NCBI RefSeq assembly: GCF_964204645.1
Contig: NC_134030.1
Coordinates: 18,188,210 to 18,252,209, forward strand
Direction of reading: 5' to 3'
Length of the DNA stretch: 64,000 nucleotides
From: Tubulanus polymorphus
Taxonomy: Eukaryota; Animalia; Nemertea
In this document: piece after piece, positions 49,351 to 61,746 of the stretch
How the letters are laid out: each line of letters begins with the position of its first letter
Numbering within the stretch: position 1 is the stretch's first letter
The notes under the pieces: model-generated
What the model was told of the DNA's origin: nothing
Seen by the model: only the letters and a program-made list of their open reading frames with translations
The model's database searches: none
Made by a program: the position numbers and the translations under genes

Positions 49351-52300
49351 GCGGGAATGGCTGTACATTATCTTTCTGAATATCACGAATTAACAGAAAA
49401 TGAATAGATTGGTTATCATCAGGTAAATGACTTCGATATCAACAAATACAAGTTAATGAAAAAATATCCCGAGTTAGAATTGCGCCCTACCGCCACCACA
49501 AATTAGTAGGTAATTTTCCGAGACTTGTGTCAATGTATGTTCGTGAAACGACGCGGATTGCGGCTAACTCTTAACATTGCTTAAAAATTCTTACCTTTAT
49601 TTTCAGAAACTAGTTGCCATCATTGGTCGAATTTCAAAGGGGCTTCATATGGACGCCCATTGCCTAGATAGGTTTTGCAAAATCGGAAAATCTAAAATTA
49701 TCAAATAGTCAAGATTGGTAGTCATTGTGTATGGGCTAAAAAGATACCATGTTTTTCAAGGGTCTGAGGTCCAAAATGGACCCAGCCAACCGATATCTTT
49801 TCGCTATCTTAACACAAAAAAAGGAAATTGTTGGTAGGTTGAAATTGACTCGCCATAAGGTGGACCGTTGTTGTTTTTTTTTACTTAAGAAATGAATACC
49901 ATTACCAGAAAATGATGCACATATGAGACCTGTGGTTTTTCCCTGGATTCTTCGCCGATTTATTTTTCTCTTTTAGAAAAACATTGGAAATTGGCGCTAG
50001 TATGAAATTGACACGCCAAGTACACAGATGAGCTGCAGCCCGTCCGCCCAAGAAATAATAGCCTTATTCTATTTGATTACATTTTCAAAAGTGTTTATCA
50101 TCAGCTAGCTCTGAGCTGTCGCAATTGTTGAGTTTTGAAGTGCCGGTTGAATCCCATAGTTATCGTACCAGTTTCAGGTTAGAATACAGTCCGCTGGAAA
50201 AACTAACTTTGTCCAATCATCCGACCGTGCAAGAACGAAACAAGCCTCTGAGTGATCGAGTGATTTTTAGAGAATTAAACTTCAAACAACTTCAGAAGTC
50301 TATCATAAGTCATAAGACGACCGTATTGCCGCGACAGAATAGATTTATTTTCGATACCGAACAAAATGTGAACTTGCAAGATGTTCATATCACCCTCGTT
50401 CAATTTTATTGACAATCCTTCGAACACATAGCTGGTTTCATATTGACGCATATAACATCGTTCCATTTACCATTACGTCGATACATTTCAACGCAACGTT
50501 CGACCATAGGACGACCGAACAACCATCCGGCTACACTCGGCTCTCCGGGGGCCCAATTTCTGAAATCCTGCAAGCAGGTAATGAAACAATTTCCTTATGA
50601 TTCAAATCTGAAGGGGTCGACCTTGATATTGGAATGGACACTCAATTCGAAAAAGGGCAGGCTCAAGAGTGCGGGCTGTGAGCGAAACATTGGTAGGAGT
50701 TCTGGTGGGTCTCCAACAGAAAATTTATCAAGACAAACAGTCGTTGTTTTTGGCATTAATAAGGACTATTTGGATTAATTTGTAGTCTTTTTTAAATTCC
50801 CTTTGCAAATAATCTTTTCCGGTCTTATTCAAGAGTGCATTCAAATTTTGAAGGAATGGAGCCGGCCCTCGTATACGTCAAGATGTTTTCCCTTGTGTCA
50901 AAGAGCGGTCGCAAGCACGCCGGCCAAAACAAAAGGCACCCATTAACAGTTGATGTGACTGACCTACTGCCTTCATTGTCCGCTAGATGGCAAGCTAGTC
51001 GAAGTTGGCTGCACTAACTGTACTATGGCATGATTTAAAACCGCCTTACCGTCGTTGAAATAAAACAATAACTGCCCTAACACGATAGATCGTGGAACTT
51101 TTTGAAACATTTTCTTTCGCAAAAAATCCCCCATGTCTCGAGCAAATTAGGTTCTTTATTCGCCGACGAAAGGGTTGATCGAAGCTTCTTTGATGTGTAT
51201 TTTAACGGTACAATGTCATATAGGGCAATGTTATTCCTAGAAACGACGAATTTATCGTAGCGAAGTTAAATGATGAGGCTTGTTTCCTAAATCCAAGCCA
51301 AACAGACGGCACGTCAGCGGGTATTAGACTTAAAATGACGACAGCATCGTGTAAGTTAAACCATGGTCGCCTCTCCCCGTACGAAACAGCATATCAGGCG
51401 CCGATCCAGGATGTTTTCCAGGTTGGGGTTCATAAAAATGTTAATATAACACTGCCGACAAAAATTTCTAATGATAGGGGGCCTATACGGCATAATATTG
51501 TTTGGCCGAACATAAGATGCTATGGTACCGATTATGTAGTACTGTTGGCCCGTTTTGTCTCAGGTACATTCCTTTAAACGATTAAAAATTCCGATTAAAA
51601 CGATTAAAAATTTCGATTAAAACGATTAAAAACGTTTTTGGTAGCCTGCATATTTCGACATGTACATACTCTGAGCTACATCATTTTCCTCCAAGCTATC
51701 AATTTTGGCCAGTGCCGAAGACAATGGGAGCGTTGCACCGAATTTCCCGGAAAAAACTTGAAGCATTTCGTATTTCCAGCCGGGCTCCAACCGTCATCAC
51801 AAACACACGCTGAAACTAGATGGATCGAGAAGATATACATTATCATCCGTGTAAGATGGATGACGAGATAAAAGTCGTGCACTGATTCAGTCAACACTAT
51901 CAGCCACCGTCAGTACCCCTGATGATGGATTATAGTATTTAGCCGAAACGTTGCTCAAAATAAAGTCTCATCTATCCAAGAATTTTTCATTTTCATCTTT
52001 GACTGAATCATTGTGAGATTTCTCTCGTCACGCTCACATTTTATTCATTACGACGCAACGATTAGCGATGACTTATCAGCAAATCATCAGCAATCCAAAA
52101 TGTCCCGCTCTCATCTGCTATTCCCTCCTCTTTTTTTAAATGCACTCATCAAAAAGACCCTTTTTCTCGTTTAAATGTTAATCAATAAGGCCACACAAAG
52201 AGTTACCCTTGTTTCACATCAGCCCCTTTTTGGAAAAGTGACGAGGACGGCGCGTAATCATTTTTGTTTCCCTTTTTTAAAAAGAAAATATAGAGGAAGT

Positions 52301-52671
52301 TCCAAAGGTGATGAGGGCGAATTTTTCTATTTTTTAAATGGGGAATTTTTTTGCGTTAGCGACCGTGAAGAAAACATAAAAGAGTGTCCCAAAGTGGTCT
52401 TAAATCTGAAAACTGGTCTAAAGTTGTTAGATTGGCTATAGAACTAAGATGGCCTTAGACTGGTCTTGAGTCTAAGCCATGACTATGCAACCGGTCCCAG
52501 GTAATTAAGTCCAAACCTCAAACAATGTAGACACTGAAGGCCCAATCTTATTCTTCCGCTCCTTCGGTTGTGAAATACGAGCTCGAAAGGTTGAATAAAC
52601 TCGAAATTCAGTCTATTTTAGTCCATTAGTCTTCGGCCAGGGTATCGATAATCCCTAGACCAGACTACCTG

Positions 52672-52780
52672 GGACCCAGTTCCAAAGTTGTGAGTTAGAG
52701 TTAACTCTGAGTTAAAATTAGTTCATTTTTAATGAGTTAACTCAGGGTCAAATCTTAACTCCGAACTGTGGAACTGGACC
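52672..52780. mobile_element. Palindromic MITE with CTG target duplication
   Basis: GGACCCAGTTCC...GGAACTGGACC flanked by CTG/CTG; related to 18858-18955. Confidence 0.72.
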
Positions 52781-54887
52781 CTGATACGTATCTCTCATTT
52801 TAGTAGTTATCGCCAAAAGTCCAGCGGTCTCAAACTAAGTATAGTTTGACGTCGACAATAGTAGCTCAACAGACAGTGAAATAGAAATTATTCTGAATTC
52901 AAGAGTATATATTTCGATAATTTTGGAAAACATCAGTAATCGAGCTATTAAGAAATATACGAAAATATTCCCAAATGGTTATCGTAGATCAGGAGCCTTT
53001 CGCCTTAGTTTTCCAATCAAAAGACAAAATTCATTATATTCCTCTGTCATGCTTTTTTTTCATTTGAGAGCTTCGCTCGATTAAATAATTTTCAGGAAGT
53101 TTTCAAACATAAATGATGGATTGTGTCCCTAAAACGCCGTTATCTCTGCCTCACGGTTATATAAGTGACAATTATATTTGTAAATTTTCCTGCCGTTGTA
53201 GAACAGACCAGAAATAAAGTCGATATTATCAGCTTCATATTCGACGAGATTTTTTCTTATGTAATCTGAAACTGAAGGCATGGACATTTTTTAGCTATTC
53301 TACTTAAAAACATTGTTAACAAAAATATATATGAAAAATATAGGTCTTATGGATGTTGGGTGCGAACAATGAATATTGAGTCGATAATCAATCAGGGAGC
53401 TACGGAAAATCATCGTGATAATTACTTCTACGGATTTGTCCATATCTCGCAAAGCTCCCACGTATAGTTAATTAGCATTTTTTTGAGAGTCAGTCGCGCG
53501 CATAGATTTGGAATTAATTTTATCGATATATGATTCATTGCAAGTGCTAGCTTTTAATGAGGCATCCTTGGGACGAAGTCATCTTTCTTTCCAATTTCCT
53601 GAAATAAATCACAAAATCAAATTTCGATTCTGTATCTAATCATATGTTGTTTTTTTTTCGACCGGCGGCCAGTTATATCCGACTTTCTATCGCGAAATTA
53701 AAAGCTAACATAGCTAGCACCTAGTTTCTAATTTCTGCCTAGTGTTGTAAGTTGACCCGGCCGTCCGCCTATACATGTGTAAGAACCGTAGCTAACCATA
53801 ACAGTTATTGATATGAACTACTTGCAAATTGTATTGCGGCTTAAAAAATGACCCGGTCGATCAGCAAAAAAAGGGATCATTTTTAGCCAAATACATTTTT
53901 CATTAAATGTTGATTATAACGAATCAGATTCAAACTATATTCAAAAACTTTTTGCTTGTAAAATCCTTTAACATCCAGTATAACTTACTTACCCGTTCGG
54001 TCAGCAGTTTCACGATATGTTAAATGATTATTGTTTAGTATCATGTATACACGCTTGGTAACGATTTTGCATTAAAAAAACATGTGCACTGAGCAAATAT
54101 TGGTGAGGAGGCTTTTTCGGCACTTGATTCGAGCAAATACGCGCTAATTTCCAAGAACAGTTCAGTTAGTTAGAATAGTTCAAAAATGCCATTTCCGCGC
54201 ACCGTGGCAGATTCGATTTTACACTTAACGTTCGATAAACTATTTTCTATGGAAGGCGAAAGCCACCAAAACATGGTTACATGTTATTCGATAATCAAAA
54301 GGTTTAATTAGATGATGAAAACATACAAAAAGATAGTGAAAACATATAAGACGGTGATGAAAACATGAAAAACTGTCAAAAGGTGATAAAAGGTCAATTG
54401 ATGGTATTTTATCATTTTTTCATATTTTAACACCTTTTCATCTTTTACCACCTTTTCATTATCTTTCAACGGTTGCCAATAGCAACCATTCGATGATACT
54501 ACTAACGCCATCTGTGCATATAGAGGCTATCAATCCATCTATTTCTGATAAATAGTAGATACGAGTTCCAATGTCTCTACTCCGCACTCTGTTGTCAGGC
54601 TATAAGCTTCGAATCCCAAACAAATTGAATATGATCACGTTCGAGTCCCTTATTATTTAATTAATCTTAACAAAAACTTTGCGTCAACAATTGTGATGCC
54701 CTACTTACTCTGGTGCGCCAAAATGAACTTTCAGAGAAAATTGGACGTTTTTTCGTTTTGGTGTTCTGGCGTTCTGGCGCCCTCATTTACATACCAGGAA
54801 TTTTACACTTCTACAAATTCGGATTTCATACAAATTTCCCGCGTCTAGTCCAGCGCCGGTCTTTTTCGAATAACATACCATGACCAC

Positions 54888-55190
54888 GAGGGAGGGAGGG
54901 AGGGAGGGAGGGAGGGAGGGAGGGAGGGAGGGAGGGAGGGAGGGAGGGAGGGAGGGAGGGAGGGAGGGAGGGAGGGAGGGAGGGAGGGAGGGAGGGAGGG
55001 AGGGAGGGAGGGAGGGAGGGAGGGAGGGAGGGAGGGAGGGAGGGAGGGAGGGAGGGAGGGAGGGAGGGAGGGAGGGAGGGAGGGAGGGAGGGAGGGAGGG
55101 AGGGAGGGAGGGAGGGAGGGAGGGAGGGAGGGAGGGAGGGAGGGAGGGAGGGAGGGAGGGAGGGAGGGAGGGAGGGAGGGAGGGAGGGAG
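54888..55190 (+). repeat. (GGGA)n microsatellite, ~75 perfect units
   Basis: Uninterrupted tract, read directly. Confidence 0.99.
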
Positions 55191-55695
55191 TTTTACGTAC
55201 ATCATATGCTGGTTAAGGAATGTCGTAACAATAGATTGAACGATTCAGTTTTATCTGTCCATGGAAATGAAAAGTCACCACGCGTGCGGCGTTTTCTAAA
55301 TGGTTGTTGGACATACGCTGCCGTTTTTTCCGTTGAAGCTGACGTAAGTTATCATTAGTTATCCGATGAATGACCGGCTTTTCCTAAATTCTAATCTTCT
55401 AAATCATATATTTTCATTTTCGCTCATATTTCCGTATATCAGGCGATCGTCTTTCCGAGAGACACTGGCGTATCGATTGGAGACACGTCCGACAGTGTTT
55501 ACAACCGTCTGGAAATACATTACGACAACCCGCACAGAAAATCCGGTGCGTAGAAGAATTAGTTTTCGAAATATTTATTTGTCGTGGGACGTCAATCAAC
55601 CTGCATTTAAGAAAAGCGTATAGTTCGGGGCTGGCCGGTTCATACTGTCGCGGGATCCTTTGATAAAGAAAAACAATAAAAAAGATAAAACATTT

Positions 55696-55767
55696 GGGCC
55701 TGTCCGGGATTTGAACCCGGGACCTCTCGCACCCAAAGCGAGAATCATACCCCTAGACCAACAGGCC
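55696..55767 (-). tRNA. tRNA-Pro (TGG)
   Basis: GGCCTGTTGGTCTAGGGGTATGATTCTCGCTTTGGGTGCGAGAGGTCCCGGGTTCAAATCCCGGACAGGCCC, 72 nt, full cloverleaf, downstream T-run terminator. Confidence 0.97.
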
Positions 55768-56155
55768 GCATTGATGGGTTAGATGCCGTTACAGTTAGTT
55801 GTTCTGATAAGATAGATCAACGCAGATCAATCTGTTACCATCAATCGATCAATCGATTATGGAAGCTTGTTTATCTGTGGGTTTTATCTCTATTAATACC
55901 AAAACATGTTAGATACTACATCAATACACATTATGAAATGACGACGTAAAACTTCGCAATGAATTGTGTGCAAGTAGAGTAAAATATAAGTCCCACAATC
56001 TCGAAATCGAAAAACGTAGATATCTTAATGTTAGAATTTATTAGAATTCAAATTTTCGATATTTCACTGAGAACCATCGTAAGGAATGACTATTATACAG
56101 CATATCAGAGTTCAAACAACTGGATAAATGATTATTATCGGATATGATATTGCAG

Positions 56156-56624
56156 GTTTATACGATACATCAGGGCTGCGATTTACATATACGTCGAAAC
56201 TGCGTAAATGCGACGTGGGTTTAATGACGGCTGGTATGGATTTTGCTGAGCCACTTTCTACAGTTATCCCTCCGCGCCAAGAAAAGTTTAAGTATCGTGG
56301 ATTTTGTCCACGAGGATGTATAGAAGGGGTGAGATAATAGTTGTTCTTTCGAATGTACTACAAAATGCACGTATTGCAAAGCGTTTTTTTTCAAATTCTA
56401 AAGAACGTAGTGAAAATGCAGTCACCTCCCTGATGCAGTAAAAAAAACAACGACAAAATCCAGTATTTGATGTTAGAAAATGAATTCATTGATTGCAGGC
56501 GTTTAAAGAGTACACCGGCGATGAAAAAGAAGTCAAGATTGTTTCAGTGTTCGGACATGCGCACTTAGCCGGAGTAGGAATTCGCATACGTCATTTCCGT
56601 GACGGTCTCGAGTTGCCATTCCAC
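56156..56624 (+). pseudogene. DBH-like/MOXD1 copper monooxygenase fragment (2 exons)
   Basis: Exons 56156-56328 (DTSGLRFTYTSKLR..DVG...IPP...F...GFC...C) and 56499-56624 (VFGHAHLAGVGIRIRHFRDGLELP, HxH copper motif). Flanking exons not found. Confidence 0.75.
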
Positions 56625-57548
56625 GTAAGTCAAAACTACAAGTCAACCGACTGACATCGGGTAAGCAATAACTTCAAAAACTGATCAAGTAAACTGACTG
56701 ATCTTGATCTTGGATTAGTGAATACTGCAAATGCAGTAAACCGACCGAGGTTACAATATTGTAGCCTCGGTCAGTGTATGCAGATAAATCCGCGCAAGTC
56801 AACCGACCTAGGTTACAATATTGTAGCCTCGGTCAGTGTTCCACTGATGAATCATATATTTGCCTCAACCTAGTCTGCCAGGTTACTTATTGCTTTGTCT
56901 TTATCCTGGCCCAATCATAATCGTATTTTTTTCAGCTTTACAACTGATTCCACGAATTTAATAATTCCATTTTCGAATAATAATGTGTTATACACATATT
57001 AATTGCAGCGTATTTTCTGCAGCAAGAAGACCTACATGAACTCACCGATTAAAATTCTAATCAAATCTTCTGACTTCTGTGCCAGATGCTTAAGTTTAAG
57101 TTACTAACTACACCGCGTACAACAATAGACCTCGGCTCTTGAAATTTAGCTTTTAGAATTAAATATCGTCGTCGGACGTCAGACACACTTCAAAATATGT
57201 TGTTTCTATTATTTTGCCATCTGTGATTTATTGATCGCCTCTAGCACTCGACAATTTTACTTTACATAATTGTTGAGACTACAATGGATACTTGATCATG
57301 CTTGTACTGTCTTGATAGGACAAAGGGAATTGCTCGACACGTGACGGCGACTATAAATTCTCCTTGCTTTAATCAGGGATTCAACTAAGGCATTGACTAC
57401 GTCGTAAGAGGTAAGTTCGGAAAAATTCCTTCGATTTTTCGATAAGATCGAATTAATTTCAACGAATCGAATGCAATGGTTTAATCATCGGCGTTCGTTT
57501 CGACTTTTGCAGATCTGTTCTTTGCTTGTTTGGTCAATATCTGAAAAA

Positions 57549-60500
57549 ATGAAAACGACTTCATTGATTCTTACTTTTCTAATCGCTGTCGTTCATAAAG
57601 GTAAAACTAACCTTGGAATAAAGTATATAAATAAAAAATCTTAATATATTCCTAAAAGAATCGAAACTTTCATATATACCAATTAATCGATTATATACGC
57701 GTTGTAAGTAAACCAGACATTGCACTTTTACTGTTTTCACATATATGGTCAGTGTCCCACACTCCATAACATTTATAGGTCCATCAAATTTGATAGTTGC
57801 TAATGGCCAAAAATTTCATTAATTTCCAGGGAACACGCATAACATATATCTATTTTCAAAATCTGAACGCATAATGCATCTTTTCTTCAAATATTTTCAT
57901 GTGTGAATAAAACATCAAAATAAGTTGCTGATAGATCACCAATAAAAACTAGTCCGTAAGCTATCATCTAAGCTACCTATCACCCTTTTAAGAATCAAAT
58001 CTTTATTTAAGCATGGTGTTGTGATGAACTTCCAAAGACTTGTATAGATGCCGGTGCCACTGCTTCGGGCTATTACACACTGTATCTTGGATCGAAGTCT
58101 GTACCAGTTACGATCTTCTGCAGCAGGTGTAGAAAAGAATATATCACACTGAAAGCGATAAACTACGGACAAGTCACGTGCGATCATCACAACATGGCAA
58201 ACTGCGGTAAAACTACTTGGCAAAAGATCCGCATAGACCCGCAGGTACGTCGCATAAAATTGACTTATAGAGATACGTTTAGACTTTCTATGATTCCAAC
58301 CAAGCACACGAGAGTACGATATCTAGCGACAGTGACAGTAATTCTAGTCTATCGAACCCTTAACCCCCCAGCCTTTGTCTCTTATCCTAACCATTTATCA
58401 GTCGAGCCTCCCTGAGTAGAAGAAACATCCGAGCAGCTGGAAGTCATCTATCAGACCAGGTACCCATTTTACTCCTGGACGTATCGGCCCCACTCCGCGT
58501 GGTTGCCCCACCGCGCGGGATTTACGAAGCAGCAAACACAAACATGGCCACTCTCTCAATTTTCAATGATAGAAATCGTGTGTGCATTTCAATTATTTCG
58601 GCCGTTAGGGTTTTAAGGCACAATATAAGTTGATGATGTGATATGGCGATGTTAATTAATGATAATTCCGCAGTGAAGCTAGTCACGAACGGTGCCGATT
58701 GAGTGTACAGCTGCTTAAAACACTGAAATGTGCGTAGTTGCGTAACTATTTGCAGTGAATTGCAGACGAAACATGAAGCCTTAACGGCCGTTTAAAAAAA
58801 TTTATACCAATCGTAATTGTAAAATAAAAATGAGATAGAACCTAAGTTAAAATTCTGGGCATTTCTAAAATGTTATTACTAATTTTTAGTCAGTGCCGAA
58901 CGTTTAGTTTTCCAACAATAATGAGGGGTGGTAGGTAGTCATGCAATTCAAGTCATCATTTATTACACGTTACTTCCGTGTTGTTGAAAATCTCGCGAGT
59001 CCTGGACCAAACCCCATTGAACAATGTGATCTGTGTGCTGGCCACAAATGCACACAGATCACACTACACTACCCATTACACACTCCAGTACCCACAACTT
59101 TCATATATCCATCCAAATATTTAGAGTGTCTTTCTTCCTGGGTGGAGAGAAGCAATGAGGATATGGGTCTTGCCCGGAGGCACAATGGTTATGCACGGGG
59201 TTCAACCTGGATTCCAAGAGTCGAACGCGTTAACCACTCGCCCACACCGAGTTAGATTATCGTCGTCAAGTTTGAAATTAATCATGCTCATATATTGCGA
59301 AATAGCGAAATTTAAAAACAATATAAAAATCTTGGAAATCAAAGAACCACCATCGGGAAAAAACTATTCTCAAGCGCACTCTACGAGGGTGTGGACGCGT
59401 AAAGTACTTAATCATTAGTAGTGTAACATGGATGTCCTGGATTACAGCTTCAGGTTCCAGACGCGCGTCTTCTGTTCATCATCATGATTTATAAATCTTG
59501 TATTATTTTGTGCTTTGACGATAGATACGAAAATTCATATGTCCAGTAAATCCTAAAAAGATTATGTATACAAGTATATATATTCACGTTTTTTTTTCAG
59601 ACTCTCCATGTAATAGGTAACGATTACACATATTCAACATCTACAGGACCAGTAAAAATTCCATTTGGTCAGGGAGGTGGTTGCGTTGGAGTTGGAAAAA
59701 TATCTGGTGGATTCGCATTAGATTTGACCGGAACTAGTTTCGAATTCGATACAATCGCGGTAAGTTATTTCGGTGCAGATACAGTCGGGTGATCGGCGGT
59801 CGAATTTTCAGAATTTTAGTTTAACTTGAAGTACACACGTAAACAATCTTCTAACCAGCCTGAATCGGCAAACCACAGATTGGGGTTGATGTTTGGCAGC
59901 CTAAGTTATCGGGATTGGGAAATAGCTATATAAAGGCTTTAAATGTATATTTCCATTTTTTGACGCCTTATAAAACGTTACCATTATGAAACCTAAACAA
60001 TGTTAACCATTCAGCGTCATTTTACAAACGACAACCGTAAATCGATGTGCAAAACGTCACAGGTCTTTATATACACATACAAGCTATTTGCAAAATATTA
60101 TTGACAAAGATGTAGAATGGCTTCCTGTGATTATATAATGACCTCTATTTGAACGTCAAAATGTTATATTGCATTGAATATCACGAGAAGATGTATTGTA
60201 ATAGTAAAGGATGTATGATTATATCAGAAGCGGCAGGCATATATAGAAATGATAAGTAAATCGGATCATTCGGTCAAATGGCGGATGTATACACGATTTG
60301 GAAGTCTGATATGAAAGTCAGACCCTGACATGGGGATGCTGGTGGAATGACGAAGCTATCTACGATCTGTGTAGGGCCGGCGTGAATTTCATCGGCGGCT
60401 ACAAGCGGTCAATATACAAAAGTGTAAACATATAAATTCAATATTCAAATGTTTTAGAAAATATGTTCGATATTAGGGGTATGCAGGTTTCATGAGATTA

Positions 60501-61746
60501 GCAATTTATAATAGCAAAGCTGTCATATACGGCTCCGCGTCCACTGATGGCATGTGTATTAGGTGACAATTCAATTCAATTCTTTATTGATAATTATTAC
60601 ATTGAAATTCCGGGATAAAATTCCCAAATTCAATAAAGTTACAACTTTTAGAAATAAGAAAATACAAAATACAAGACACACGGGTAATTCATACAGAATA
60701 ACATAAATAAGTTATTCAAATGACAATAACTACTTCATCCCAGACTCAAGACTAGGATATCGAGTGACAACCAAACCGGGCCCCGGGGACCGGGCCGCCG
60801 GCTGGTTACACGATATGCTCGAAGTCATGATGAAGCAGACATCAGAAGAGCTCTGTCTTCAACCATGGAGGCAATGTAGTTGCAGACAAGCTTAGAGGCA
60901 AAAGTGAATCGTAGTCGGCGCAAGATGACAATGTTTTTTAATTAGACCAGTCGAAGACCTGTATCATCTACCCAATCGCCCAATCTCATAATTCCCAAAT
61001 TTCTGAAAACTTCGATTTCAAATTTGCAATTCCACATTGCTTATCCCAGAAATTCTAAGTACATTTCTTTTTTCGCAGGCGTCAAATAATTTATTAAAAT
61101 TATTTTTCTTGTTATATTTTTACCCTCTCTAACCCTACCCTACCCTTCCCAAAGCTAAACTAAAACAACATTCACTCTCACGTTCACTAAAATAATATAT
61201 ATCCATATACATACATGTATCAAATGCATATTTTTGATACATCTAGTTGATAGGATTAACTTAAATTGAAAATCATTTAAAAACGACATGTTTGTTGATA
61301 ACTCAAAAATGTGTGAATATAGTTTTTTTTCGTTTTGACGTGAGTTGATTGGTGCAATCTTCTTGAAAGAAACACATTTCGATGTTCTGATATTGCAGTG
61401 TTTCCCCGTGGGAATAACAACTATCAACGCGCCGTTCAAAACCTCTGGAATAATAATGCAAAATCAAATCATTGAGTAGAAACGCACTTCGTTTTTTTAG
61501 CTGAGCAATTTCATAGTATAAGTCATGTACATAACAGTAAACAGTGTACGGATCTGTTGATAAGAATGCAGGTTTGGTAAAATTTCAACAATGATTTTTA
61601 TTTTGTAGACGAAATGGAAGGCAGCTGGTTGGCGTCCAATAAGTCAGGCTAGCATTAATGCTGACAATCGCAGGAAAGCATCTGGTAAATGTGGCGGGTA
61701 CTGCGGGATTTGTGAACCGGTTGGAAATATTACCCTGACTATCTAA
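57549..61746 (+). CDS. Stand-alone secreted GON-domain protein, 193 aa
   Basis: Exons 57549-57600 (signal peptide), 58012-58244, 59601-59759, 61609-61746, open and in phase. GON motifs: LPKTC, GYYTL, IFC...KEYITL, GKTTWQKIRID, IPFGQGGGC, GGFALDLTGT, GKCGGYCGIC. AATAAA at ~61756. Confidence 0.85.
59030..59250 (-). mobile_element. Degenerate CORE/Meta-like tRNA-derived SINE
   Basis: Minus strand starts GGTGTGGGCGAGTGGTTAACGCG (A box). Plus strand carries CCTGGGTGGAGAGAAGCAA...GTCTTGCCCGGAGGCACAA, typical of reverse-complemented invertebrate SINEs. Confidence 0.5.

Noticed and set aside
54783-55239. ORFs with LPPS / REGG repeats
   Set aside because: These are translations of the (GGGA)n microsatellite.
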